A stretch of 64,000 bases of DNA from Parcubacteria group bacterium (GCA_016180525.1 JACPBB010000001.1:169180-233179), one strand, 5' to 3'. Counted from the stretch's first letter, positions 27,672 to 36,886 are shown. Notes: generated from the sequence alone by a model not told the origin. Numbers and translations: made by a program.

Positions 27672-28345
27672 GCGCTCATTCCTACCGAAAAGTACTTTTT
27701 CAATCGCTCCACCGTTTCAGACCAGAGTTTTCTATCAATTTTAGGGTCCATGTCGCGCCAATTAGCACGCTCGGGCCTACCAAGCGCTTCGGCAAGACGA
27801 GTACGGAAATATTGTGCCGGAACACCTTTCGGATCCCATATAATGTCAGTTTTTTGGTCAACACCGGGAGGCCTGGAGAGAAGATATCCATCTCCAATCT
27901 TTCCAACTCCTTCGGGAATTCCATTCGTTACAAAATTAAATTGCTCATATAAAGTTTCGGGAAAGTCCTGCAGCATTTTTGTAGTGAGGTCTACATGAGC
28001 GGGAACTATGTGTAAGTGCGCATGCTTCACTGTCTGTCCGACTATTCCATGTTCAAACAATATTACAGACCGTTCGCCAACAGTAGAACCATTATATGCT
28101 CCATATTCATCGTGAACCAAATCCTCTACGTACAACAACAAATGAGTTAATTTTACTTGCTCTTTTTCTGTAAGTAAATTCATACAGATTACATGACGTT
28201 TCGGGAATACAAGCACATGTCCACCGTCAGTAATCTGCCCCAGTGTCGCGATAACAAAAAATTCATTGGTTTCTGTAATAATACGCTCTTTAAATGTTTC
28301 GCGATTGCAGAACGGACAATCTTTTTCCATACATTTCTTCTCCAA
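27668..28345 (-). CDS. HIT-family nucleotide hydrolase/transferase
   Basis: Histidine triad HAHLHIVP; N-terminal CPFC; overlaps the downstream gene by 4 nt (operon). Confidence 0.75.
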   Translation of the reverse strand: MEKKCMEKDCPFCNRETFKERIITETNEFFVIATLGQITDGGHVLVFPKRHVICMNLLTEKEQVKLTHLLLYVEDLVHDEYGAYNGSTVGERSVILFEHGIVGQTVKHAHLHIVPAHVDLTTKMLQDFPETLYEQFNFVTNGIPEGVGKIGDGYLLSRPPGVDQKTDIIWDPKGVPAQYFRTRLAEALGRPERANWRDMDPKIDRKLWSETVERLKKYFSVGMSA

Positions 28346-28448
28346 TTCAATCTGTAACTAGGTTAGCATACAAAAAACACAAAAAACTTGACGGTCAAAA
28401 AAATAAATGTTAAAGTTAAACAAGTAAACAAAGAGGAGTTGCATTGTT

Positions 28449-29201
28449 GTGGATGTTTTTTTGACAGCAGTTTTAACAATCACCCTAATCCTGTTATCCT
28501 CTCCATGTCATGAATTAGGACACATATACGCAATGCGTAAGTTTAATATTCCCATTAAAAAAATTGGATGGAGTTTTGTTCGGGTTGAGCGGGAGGGGGA
28601 CATAGAAAAGCTTGATTTAAAAGACCAAATATACATCTCTGGCGCAGGGCCCTTGTCCAGTATAATCTTTGGGACGATACTTCTTACCATTGCGGGAATA
28701 CGAGTGAATCCTCTTGCAATAGGAGATTTTCAAATCAACTTGCTATTGTGGGCGCCCGTTGTAGCATTGACCATAATTATTTTCGCCCGTTGGTGTTGCC
28801 AATATATTATTCCTCTTGTGGGGCTCTTAGAAATAATTCTCTTGTCCGACTTTCTTTTTTGGCTTTTTACTCATTCGCTTAATGATATTATAGGTGAGCC
28901 AATATCAGCTTCTACTATAAGAATAACTGCACAGCAAACAGTAGAAAACGTGGGTATCGTGTTTACGGCGACGTTCATAGCCGGTTTCTGTTCTCTATTT
29001 TCGGGTGCATTGAATATGTTGCCATTTTACCCAATAGACGGTGGACGCATCGTTCGAGCATATATAAAGACATTCAGTGTTAGTATTGCCGACTGGTTCG
29101 CAATTGTAGGATACTTGCTATACATTGTAATTCGCTTGGTATTGGCAATAGGTTTTGTCGTGTTTCTTTTGTCATCAGATTTAGAAGCTTTTATGAAGTA
29201 A
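28449..29201 (+). CDS. site-2 protease family (M50) membrane metalloprotease
   Basis: HELGH zinc motif at the N-terminus and conserved …LNMLPFYPIDGGRIVRA… (the LDG motif) in a polytopic membrane protein. Confidence 0.8.
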   Translation: MDVFLTAVLTITLILLSSPCHELGHIYAMRKFNIPIKKIGWSFVRVEREGDIEKLDLKDQIYISGAGPLSSIIFGTILLTIAGIRVNPLAIGDFQINLLLWAPVVALTIIIFARWCCQYIIPLVGLLEIILLSDFLFWLFTHSLNDIIGEPISASTIRITAQQTVENVGIVFTATFIAGFCSLFSGALNMLPFYPIDGGRIVRAYIKTFSVSIADWFAIVGYLLYIVIRLVLAIGFVVFLLSSDLEAFMK

Positions 29202-29207
29202 GAATTA

Positions 29208-29240
29208 GGCCCCGATGTTTTCATCGGGGCCCTTTAATTA
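29208..29240 (+). terminator. Intrinsic terminator (GGCCCCGATG-TTTT-CATCGGGGCC + CTTTAATT)
   Basis: Perfect 10-bp stem after the stop. Confidence 0.8.
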
Positions 29241-29317
29241 ACCATTAACGCTTTTAAATACTGTACAAAGAGCCGTATTTTTTGAAATAAAAAGCAATAA
29301 GTTTAAAATCCTGACAA

Positions 29318-29345
29318 AAAACTGTACAGTGTGTCGTACAGTTTT
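29318..29345. terminator. Bidirectional hairpin (AAAACTGTAC-8 nt-GTACAGTTTT)
   Basis: Perfect 10-bp stem whose arms include the A/T runs. On the minus strand it lies about 90 nt downstream of repeat copy A1. Confidence 0.6.
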
Positions 29346-29430
29346 TTGTTGCTACTGTTTGTGCTGAACCCTTAGATCGTAGTCTAAAAGTTAAGTACAA
29401 AAAAATCTATCAGCCCCAGATTAACAGATA

Positions 29431-29616
29431 TTATTTTCTGCTTTTTTTATTGCGAGGAGGTCCTCCTACAACCCCAAGAGTCGCGAGACCAAGAAGAAAA
29501 TCAAGCCCCTCACCAGCGCCACCGCTACCAGGAGATCCCCCGCCAGATTTACTCTTTTTCTTTTTTTTCTCCGACTTATTGCCGGAAGAGAATGATTCAA
29601 ATTTAGGCATATATTT
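29431..29616. repeat. Direct repeat A, copy 1 (conserved ends ttattttctgcttttttattgcgAggagg … ttgccggaagagaatgattcaaatttaggCatatat)
   Basis: The 30-nt left block and 37-nt right block are near-identical to those at 31671-31700 and 31856-31894. The middle is diverged. The minus-strand ORFs over the two copies (29431..29757 and 31650..31880) share no protein similarity, so the element is probably non-coding. Confidence 0.75.
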
Positions 29617-29775
29617 ATAATATTGATAATACTCTCTTTTGTTTAAAAAAACAAGAATACATCTTGTGCGGCAAAATACGGCATTATTTCTCAAAAAACG
29701 ACTCCTCTCCAACCCAAAAAGCGAGTACTGATTATAAGAAAAAGGCTCGTATTTCATATACGAGCCGTTATAATT

Positions 29776-31428
29776 TTACCCGATAGATAGACATGGGTCA
29801 GAATCAGACTGTTTTGCTTTTTTCTGAAGCGCGACAATAATCTCTCTTGCCGAATTAAACCCGCATGCTCCCGTAACTCCTCCGCCTGGATGAGTGCCGG
29901 CACCGCATAAAAAAAGATTCTTAATTGGTGTCCGATAATCTGCGTATCCCCTAAGCGGACGAAGCGAGAATATTTGAGATAAACTCATTGCCCCATGAAA
30001 AATATTTCCTTCGGTAATGCCGAATCTATTTTCAAGGTCAATGGGAGACAAAATTTCAACACCTTCAATAATCTCTGACATGTTGCTGATATACGGCATC
30101 ATGGCCCCCAAAATATTTTTTTCAAAATATTCTTTTTTAGTGACATCATCCCAAAATTTTCCATCAGCTCGATGGTACGGAACATATTGAACAAAAATAC
30201 CCATGACATGCCTGCCGTGAGGCGCGAGGGTGTTGTCAATTGACGATGGTATAGTGATTTCCAAAATAGGCTTCTCAGACGGGTGCCCATGTTTAAAATC
30301 TTCGTGAGCTCGCTGTATGTAATCAGTACTCGGCGCAATATGAATTGACCCCCTGTGTTCGGGTCCGATTCTCATTTTGTGAGACGCGTCATCCGGCATA
30401 CAACGGAAATGTGGCAGTCCGGAAAGAATAAGATTTACTTTCATCACGGGACTTCCAAAATCAAGCAACCGAACATTATGCACAAAATTTTTCAATTTTT
30501 TATTTTTCCCGGCAATGGATACCAATTTTGTAAATGTATTTTTTGGGTCTGCGTTTGAAATAACAATATCGGCATATATACATCTTCCATCTTTCAAAGA
30601 AATTCCTACCGCTCTGCTCTCATCCGGAGAAAGGATGATTTTTTCCACCTTGCAATCCGTATGTATCCTGACGCCAAGATTACGGGCGGAAGCTGCTAAC
30701 GCATTGCTAATTGCCCCCATGCCACCCCGCTGGTAACCCCACACGCCTCGGGATCCGCCGGCCTCTCCCATAACATGATGCAAAAGCACATAACCTGAAA
30801 AGTCCGTAGCCCCAATGGTGCTATCGGTTAAAAGTGTTGCTTTTAACACTTCGCTTTCAAACCAAGAGTTAAGAAATTTTCTTGCATCTTGAGTGAGAAG
30901 CTTGCATAAGCGGATATTTGTAGCCACCCCTCGCTTAACAAGTTCTTTTAAAATTTGTGTGTATTTTTTAATATCACTCATCGTGCGCGGCGGAAAGTAC
31001 GGCGGGGTCATCGTGAGCATGAAATCGGCGATTGAAGCAATTTCTATCAATGCTTTTTCATATTTTGGATATGCTTCTTCGTCTTTGCTCGAAAATTTCC
31101 TTATTTGTCGCATGTTCTCTTCTATGTCATTACCAAGTAGGAGATATTCTCCGCTTTCAAGAGGAGTAAAAGACGCCGGGTCGCGCTTCAAGACTTCGTA
31201 GCCGTATTTTTTTAACTCAAGGTCATTTACAATTCTGGGGAGAAATAAGCTATTTACATATGATGCTGAGGAAATTTTAAACCCGGGAAATGTTGTTTCA
31301 TCCGTAGTGGCACATCCACCGACAACTCTTAACCGTTCAAATATTTCAACATTGTGGCCCGCTTTCGCTAAATAGCATGCCGCAACAAGCCCATTATGAC
31401 CAGCGCCTATAACGACTATTTTCGCCAT
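29776..31428 (-). CDS. phytoene-desaturase (CrtI)-family FAD-dependent oxidoreductase
   Basis: Start at MAKIVVIGAGHNGLVAACYLAKAGHNVEIFE (FAD dinucleotide-binding motif); C-terminal …LFLCGAGTHPGGGVTGA… is typical of CrtI-like amine-oxidase-fold enzymes. Confidence 0.8.
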   Translation of the reverse strand: MAKIVVIGAGHNGLVAACYLAKAGHNVEIFERLRVVGGCATTDETTFPGFKISSASYVNSLFLPRIVNDLELKKYGYEVLKRDPASFTPLESGEYLLLGNDIEENMRQIRKFSSKDEEAYPKYEKALIEIASIADFMLTMTPPYFPPRTMSDIKKYTQILKELVKRGVATNIRLCKLLTQDARKFLNSWFESEVLKATLLTDSTIGATDFSGYVLLHHVMGEAGGSRGVWGYQRGGMGAISNALAASARNLGVRIHTDCKVEKIILSPDESRAVGISLKDGRCIYADIVISNADPKNTFTKLVSIAGKNKKLKNFVHNVRLLDFGSPVMKVNLILSGLPHFRCMPDDASHKMRIGPEHRGSIHIAPSTDYIQRAHEDFKHGHPSEKPILEITIPSSIDNTLAPHGRHVMGIFVQYVPYHRADGKFWDDVTKKEYFEKNILGAMMPYISNMSEIIEGVEILSPIDLENRFGITEGNIFHGAMSLSQIFSLRPLRGYADYRTPIKNLFLCGAGTHPGGGVTGACGFNSAREIIVALQKKAKQSDSDPCLSIG

Positions 31429-31670
31429 GTATTTGCTACCCCCTTCTTTCAAGATACAAAAAATTTAATTTCTAGACCACAGAATATAGGAAAAGGCAAA
31501 TAAAGTCAACCTGAATTCAAAAACTAATTTTTTGAATTCAGCGCTCCTTGTGATAAATAAATAACCGCGCTGCCTACCTGAGACAGGCATACGGGCGGGA
31601 ATCTCCCGAGTGGATAATAAAAAATACCTAGATAAATTCCGGTTATTTTTTACCCCGCATATGCTGGGTT

Positions 31671-31896
31671 TATTTTCTGCTTTTTTATTGCGCGGAGGTT
31701 GTACGATTCGAAGCGTTGCAAAGCAGAGCAAAAAATCAAGTCCTTCAGGCGAGTCACTAGGTCCTCCACAGGATTTATTCTTTTTTCACGACGCCTGCCT
31801 GTGACGAGGTCAGGACTCCGACCAGCGCGGGTGGTCGGATCTTCTTTTTTCCGGCTTTTTGCCGGAAGAGAATGATTCAAATTTAGGTATATATAA
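31671..31896. repeat. Direct repeat A, copy 2
   Basis: See copy 1. Lies between the ABC-transporter stop (31911) and the oxidoreductase start. Confidence 0.75.
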
Positions 31897-31910
31897 ATAA
31901 TACGTAAATC

Positions 31911-33701
31911 TTATGACTGATGTAAGCCGCCGATTTGATATTCATACAAATGGCGATAGGTCCCGTTTTTGATTGCAATAAGCTCATCGTGCGTCCCCTC
32001 CTCAACAATACCTCCTTTCTCAAATACAAAGATTCTATCTGCGCGGCGGGTGGTGCTTAAACGATGGGCGATAATAAATGTTGTTCGCCCCTTCATAAGT
32101 TTTTGAAGCGATTCAGAAATTGTATGCTCAATTTTTGCGTCCAGAGCACTTGTCGGCTCATCTAAAATCAAAATTTTCGGGTCGCGCAACATGGCGCGGG
32201 CAATCGCAATTCGCTGTTTTTGTCCCACGGAAAGTTTAATACCTCTCTCGCCAACGATTGTTTCGTAGCCGAGTGGAAGCTTTTTAATAAAAGCGTCAAT
32301 ATGAGCTTCTTTTGCAACACGCTCCACTGCGGCATCTGTCGCATTAAATACCCCGTACTTAATGTTTTCTTTTATGGTGTTATTGAATAGCGCGACTTCT
32401 TGCGGAACAACGCCGATATTTTTTCGTAAATCAATAAGGTTAATTGCTCGTGTATCAATGCCATCAATAAGTACGCTCCCTTTGGTTGGAAAATAATATC
32501 CGGAAATGAGCGCGATGGCCGTACTTTTTCCCACTCCGGACTCTCCGACAAAGGCCACGACTTCTCCTTCTTTTACCTTAAGATTCATGTTCTGAAGAAC
32601 GTCCGATTCACCCTTTCCGTATCTAAATGTAACCGAATTAAATTCTACGGCCCCAGACATAGCAGAGAGATTGCGCGCATTCTTCGGCGCATATTCTTCT
32701 TCTGGTTTAGAATAAATTTCTTCAGCAAGCACGGCTGAGGTGAGTCCGTTTTGGATCGTCTGCCAGCTATGCCCCAGTGAAACAAAGGGGCCAAAGAACA
32801 TAAGCGCGTACCCGTTAAGTGCTACAAGTTCACCAACTGTAATAATTCCGTTTTTAATAAAATATACCGACACAATAAATACGGCAAGCTGCGTGAAAAA
32901 CACGATAATGCGCTGGAAAAAGTTTACATTGCTCCATATTCGCTCCAATCTATACCACAAAGTATAAGTTTTTTCTAAAAGATTTGTTTGTGTTTTTTTT
33001 ATTTCATACGCTTCAGCAACAGCCTGTTTTACGGTTTCTATTTGATGCACCGCTTCAGCCGCATCTCCCCACGATTCATTCCACGTGCGATGGGCTACCT
33101 CGTCTATAGCCGCAACGGGCCTTAAAATACGAACAAGTAGCACAATATATAAGACCACACCAGCGGTAAGAATTCCCGCAAGTGTTATGTTAATCGTCGC
33201 GGCAAGAACAATGCCGATGAGAATACTTAGAAATTGCGGAGCGATGCTAATAGCTGTCTGAAGAATAGCGGATGACCGCCAACCAGCTTTATGAAAACGT
33301 TCTATGGTTTCATTTATCTTTGTATTTTTATGAAAAGAAAGCGGAAGATGAAGCAAGTGAATAAATCCGCTTGTTTGCACAGAAAGATGCAGCCTTGTGT
33401 CCACACTCCGACGAATACGATCAATAACCCAATCTATGTTATTGGCAATAAATTGTATTATTGCCCACAATCCCAAGAAAAAAATCCATGGCTGAATTTC
33501 TGAAACACCACTATCGCCTTGTGAAACATTAATGAGCGTGTCAAAAAAACGTCCAGTAATATAAGGCACAAATCCGTTTGCGGCGGCAGAGATAAGCCCA
33601 AGAAACGAAAGTATTATTAACTGCCGTTTAAATGGGCGCATATGACGCCACAGGGCTTTAATGCCAGTCTGTATTTTTGTTTTTTGTTTTTTATTATCCA
33701 T
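31911..33701 (-). CDS. ABC transporter, fused permease/ATP-binding (MsbA-like exporter)
   Basis: Walker A GESGVGKST, signature LSVGQKQRIAIARAML, Walker B ILILDEPTSALD, six N-terminal TM helices. Start taken at MDNKKQKTKIQ (33701); ORF-track start 33833 adds an unlikely 44 aa. Confidence 0.88.
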   Translation of the reverse strand: MDNKKQKTKIQTGIKALWRHMRPFKRQLIILSFLGLISAAANGFVPYITGRFFDTLINVSQGDSGVSEIQPWIFFLGLWAIIQFIANNIDWVIDRIRRSVDTRLHLSVQTSGFIHLLHLPLSFHKNTKINETIERFHKAGWRSSAILQTAISIAPQFLSILIGIVLAATINITLAGILTAGVVLYIVLLVRILRPVAAIDEVAHRTWNESWGDAAEAVHQIETVKQAVAEAYEIKKTQTNLLEKTYTLWYRLERIWSNVNFFQRIIVFFTQLAVFIVSVYFIKNGIITVGELVALNGYALMFFGPFVSLGHSWQTIQNGLTSAVLAEEIYSKPEEEYAPKNARNLSAMSGAVEFNSVTFRYGKGESDVLQNMNLKVKEGEVVAFVGESGVGKSTAIALISGYYFPTKGSVLIDGIDTRAINLIDLRKNIGVVPQEVALFNNTIKENIKYGVFNATDAAVERVAKEAHIDAFIKKLPLGYETIVGERGIKLSVGQKQRIAIARAMLRDPKILILDEPTSALDAKIEHTISESLQKLMKGRTTFIIAHRLSTTRRADRIFVFEKGGIVEEGTHDELIAIKNGTYRHLYEYQIGGLHQS

Positions 33702-33897
33702 AACAATGTTAATAACCGCACATTCACGGCCTTTAATGGTGACTTCACCGGGATAAGAACAACTGGGAAACCCACGGTTTTCCCAATCCTTCCTCCACGG
33801 GGAACTACCGTTCCCCGACCTCCTCCCGTTCAAATCCAGGAGAAAGATTCATTAAGTAAAATTAAATCTATTTTCAACAGATTTAATTTTACTTATG

Positions 33898-33972
33898 TGA
33901 CCTCACCGGGATTTGAACCCGGGTTTCAGCGTTGAGAACGCCGCGTCCTGGACCAGGCTAGACGATGAGGCC
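33898..33972 (-). tRNA. tRNA-Glu (anticodon CUC)
   Basis: Minus-strand GGCCTCATCGTCTAGCCTGGTCCAGGACGCGGCGTTCTCAACGCTGAAACCCGGGTTCAAATCCCGGTGAGGTCA. Cloverleaf with 7-bp acceptor (one G-U), anticodon stem CGGCG/CGCTG, loop TTCTCAA (anticodon CTC), T-arm CCGGG-TTCAAAT-CCCGG. No encoded CCA. Confidence 0.85.
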
Positions 33973-34139
33973 AGCAAGTGCTTCGCACTAAAAATTCTAA
34001 ATCCTAATTTCTAAACATTAAGAAATAGACTTTAAAATCATACCATATTTTGAGAAAAAATCTATTGGATTATATATGAATATGCGGCAAATTTATTTTA
34101 TACTGTATAATAGAAGTAATGAAAAAAGGAGAACTACGC

Positions 34140-35447
34140 ATGTCTACAGGAATTCTGGCTAAAAAAATTGAAGAATTTGAACGTATCGGAAAGCTTATCA
34201 ATGCTCCCGGCTGGTTTTACGATGAAATGCTCACGCCTAAACGCGTTTTGAAAATGCAAATTCGCGCAAACGTCGGCGGCAAACCAACGTCCCTTACAGC
34301 AATTCGAGTTTTGCATAGAAACCCGCACCCAACCGGCGCGCGCCCGTTTAAGGGCGGAACTCGCTTTCATCCAGCCGTTACTGAGGAGTTGCTTACCGTT
34401 CTTGCTATGGATATGACAGAAAAATGTGCGCTTGCGGGTCTCCCGTTTGGCGGAGCAAAAGGTGGAATTGCTTTTGATCCATCTGTATGCAGTGAAGCTG
34501 AATTGCGAAATATTACGGAACAAATGATCATAGAGATGCTTCAAGATAATATTCCACACCCCGATATTGATGTACCCGGTCCAGATGTTGGAACCAATCC
34601 AACAGTAATGTACTGGATGTATATTAAACTTGCCGACATGAATCGTTTCAGAAATATTCCAAACGTGCCAGCAATGGTTACTGGAAAGCCAATTGAAAAC
34701 GACGGAATCCCGGGAAGAGAGGACGCAACATCACACGGTCTTTTGATACAGCTCAAAGAATTCATCCGTCTCGCGCGCCCAGCATTTTCTGACTCTGCGC
34801 ATCCGAGTTTAGTCATTCAAGGATTTGGAAACGTTGGGTATAACACTGCTCGACTTGCAGGCAAAAAAGAGTTTGATTTCCGCGTACAGGCGGTCAGCGA
34901 CAAAGATGGCGGTATTTACAACCCAAACGGTCTTAACATAGCTCACGTAAAAAAGTGGTATGACGAGCGCGGCACACTTGCCGAATTTCCCGAAGGAGAT
35001 GTTGTTACAAACAAAGAACTTTTAGAGCTGAAAACCGACATCCTTATTCCTGCTGCTATTGAAAATCAGATAACAAAAGAAAACGCCGACAATATTAAGG
35101 CGATCATGATTTCAGAGGGCGGAAACGAAACTATTACCCCGGAAGCTCATCAGATTTTATACGCGCGCGGAATTCCCGCCATTCCGGGAATTGCGGCAAA
35201 CGTCGGAGGCGTGGTAGTTTCCTATTTTGAATGGCGGAGGAATCGAGGAGATAGAAAACACCGAGTTGATTTTGACGACGAAAAAGAGTGGGTTTATTCA
35301 GAACTCTCAAAAATTATGCACAATGTTATTCAAAACGTGTGGACAAAAAGCCAGGAACTTTCATGTTCGCTTTCTGATGCGGCACATATACTTGCTATGG
35401 AAACAATACGAGACCAATTGCGCAAAAAACACAGTTATATGGATTAG
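34140..35447 (+). CDS. gdhA: glutamate dehydrogenase (Glu/Leu/Phe/Val dehydrogenase family)
   Basis: Catalytic-lysine motif LPFGGAKGGIAFDP and a Rossmann GFGNVG. Start ATG 34140 preceded by AAAGGAG and a tataat box. Confidence 0.88.
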   Translation: MSTGILAKKIEEFERIGKLINAPGWFYDEMLTPKRVLKMQIRANVGGKPTSLTAIRVLHRNPHPTGARPFKGGTRFHPAVTEELLTVLAMDMTEKCALAGLPFGGAKGGIAFDPSVCSEAELRNITEQMIIEMLQDNIPHPDIDVPGPDVGTNPTVMYWMYIKLADMNRFRNIPNVPAMVTGKPIENDGIPGREDATSHGLLIQLKEFIRLARPAFSDSAHPSLVIQGFGNVGYNTARLAGKKEFDFRVQAVSDKDGGIYNPNGLNIAHVKKWYDERGTLAEFPEGDVVTNKELLELKTDILIPAAIENQITKENADNIKAIMISEGGNETITPEAHQILYARGIPAIPGIAANVGGVVVSYFEWRRNRGDRKHRVDFDDEKEWVYSELSKIMHNVIQNVWTKSQELSCSLSDAAHILAMETIRDQLRKKHSYMD

Positions 35448-35475
35448 TATAAAGAACGATACAATACAAAAAGCG

Positions 35476-35516
35476 CCACTCCGATATTCGTTGGGGTGGT
35501 TTTTTTATTTTTTATT
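35476..35516. terminator. Bidirectional intrinsic terminator (CCACTCC-loop-GGGGTGG + long T-run)
   Basis: After the gdh stop; the T-run is 7+6 T. Confidence 0.65.
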
Positions 35517-35715
35517 TACTTCCCAAATACCCAGTTACGACAAAACCAGAGTATGACAAGTATCCGGCAAGTACAAGAACGATCCACGAAGTCCACATCG
35601 GCATTTCCCATCCACCAAGCATAACGTCCCATCCAAGAAAAAGGCGAAGTCCATGCAAGACAAAAATGACTAAAAAAATAACCGAACTAACAACTACGTG
35701 ATCTTTTAAACTCAT
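35512..35715 (-). CDS. hypothetical small membrane protein (2 TM)
   Basis: 67 aa, two hydrophobic helices. Confidence 0.4.
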   Translation of the reverse strand: MSLKDHVVVSSVIFLVIFVLHGLRLFLGWDVMLGGWEMPMWTSWIVLVLAGYLSYSGFVVTGYLGSK

Positions 35716-35806
35716 AAAAATAATGCGAAATTACGAAATTTTAATATATTGTTTTCGTGTGTTTCGAATGTTTTTTCGTGCTTTCGTGTTACATTAAAAC
35801 GACCAA

Positions 35807-36412
35807 TTATATATTTTTTAAAACTAAAAAATCTTTTTTTAATGTATCAAGAAGCGTTCTATTGTACACGGCGGCCGCGGGATGATAGAGGGCCACGATT
35901 TTAATTGCTCCATGTGATGCGTTTGCTTCAAATACTTTTCCGTGTAATTTACTGATGGGCGCCAATTCTTCCCATAAATTAAATGTTTCAAGAATAAAAT
36001 TCATGGAGTATCTTCCAAGCGTTGCTAAAACAGAGGGTTGAATAATTTCAATTTGGCGAGTCAGAAACGGGGCATAAGCCCTTATTTCTTCAGGAAGCGG
36101 GTCACGGTTACGAGGCGGCCTGTCTTTTACAATATTTGTAATATATACTTCTTCTCGCTTAAGTCCCGCGGAAATAAGGAGCTCGTCTAAAATTTTTCCC
36201 GCTGTACCGCAAAACGGCCTTCCGGTTGCCGCCTCATTTCTTCCGGGCGCCTCCCCGATAAACATAATACGTGCGTCGTGACTCCCCTCGCCAATCACCG
36301 GATACACTTTGTTTTTTGTTCTTTCTTCAAACAGGGGTAAGTCATTTCCATCCAACACCTCATCTCGTATTTCTTTAAGGAGGTCGTGTTTTGTTTTATT
36401 AGATTTCTCCAT
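35807..36412 (-). CDS. uracil-DNA glycosylase, family 4-type
   Basis: Motif A GEGSHDARIMFIGEAPGRNEAATGRPFCGTAGKIL and the UDG-superfamily fold pattern. Start taken at MEKSNKTKHD; it overlaps the upstream mgtC-like gene by 14 nt. Confidence 0.8.
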   Translation of the reverse strand: MEKSNKTKHDLLKEIRDEVLDGNDLPLFEERTKNKVYPVIGEGSHDARIMFIGEAPGRNEAATGRPFCGTAGKILDELLISAGLKREEVYITNIVKDRPPRNRDPLPEEIRAYAPFLTRQIEIIQPSVLATLGRYSMNFILETFNLWEELAPISKLHGKVFEANASHGAIKIVALYHPAAAVYNRTLLDTLKKDFLVLKNI

Positions 36413-36881
36413 TACTCCATTTTCCCGATACTTTTTTAATTCGCGTTTCAAAAAACCAGAGTATCGTGAAAATAAACAAAGTAACAATTGTCGCGAAGGT
36501 AGCAATCGCATAAAGGCCAAACCCAGAGGCCATACCGATGCCCGCGGCAACCCATAATCCTGCGGCAGTCGTTATCCCCTCAACATGGCTGCCCCGAAAA
36601 ATAATAACCCCAGCGCCTAAAAATCCGATACCGGTTACAATCTGCGCCGCAACACGAAGTGGGTCAAAATTTGTAACGCCGACAAACTGGCTTGAAATAA
36701 TAACTGATACTGCAACAAAAAGTGCCGAGCCCATTGATACAAGAGCATAGGTACGCAGACCCGCTGTTTTATGAGCACGCTCGCGCTCAAGACCAAGAAT
36801 CCCGCCAAGAACAGCCGCCACAAGTAAGTGCGCAAATATAGACAATGTCTCCGCGTCAATAAAAAAACCAAATAAGTCCAT
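36399..36881 (-). CDS. MgtC/SapB family membrane protein
   Basis: 160 aa, …LGGILGLERERAHKTAGLRTYALVSMGSALF…; family signature. Confidence 0.85.
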   Translation of the reverse strand: MDLFGFFIDAETLSIFAHLLVAAVLGGILGLERERAHKTAGLRTYALVSMGSALFVAVSVIISSQFVGVTNFDPLRVAAQIVTGIGFLGAGVIIFRGSHVEGITTAAGLWVAAGIGMASGFGLYAIATFATIVTLFIFTILWFFETRIKKVSGKWSNGEI

Positions 36882-36886
36882 AGTAC

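Noticed and set aside
29431-29757. 108-aa ORF (and 31650..31880, 31465..31731) lying over direct repeat A copies
   Set aside because: The two repeat copies encode unrelated peptides in different frames (one uses a TTG start), so conservation is at the nucleotide level. They are treated as non-coding repeats.
33760-33840. A possible second tRNA (TTCAAATCC T-loop-like sequence) upstream of the ABC transporter
   Set aside because: I could not build an acceptor stem or a 7-nt anticodon loop. The pieces are three independent hairpins rather than a cloverleaf.
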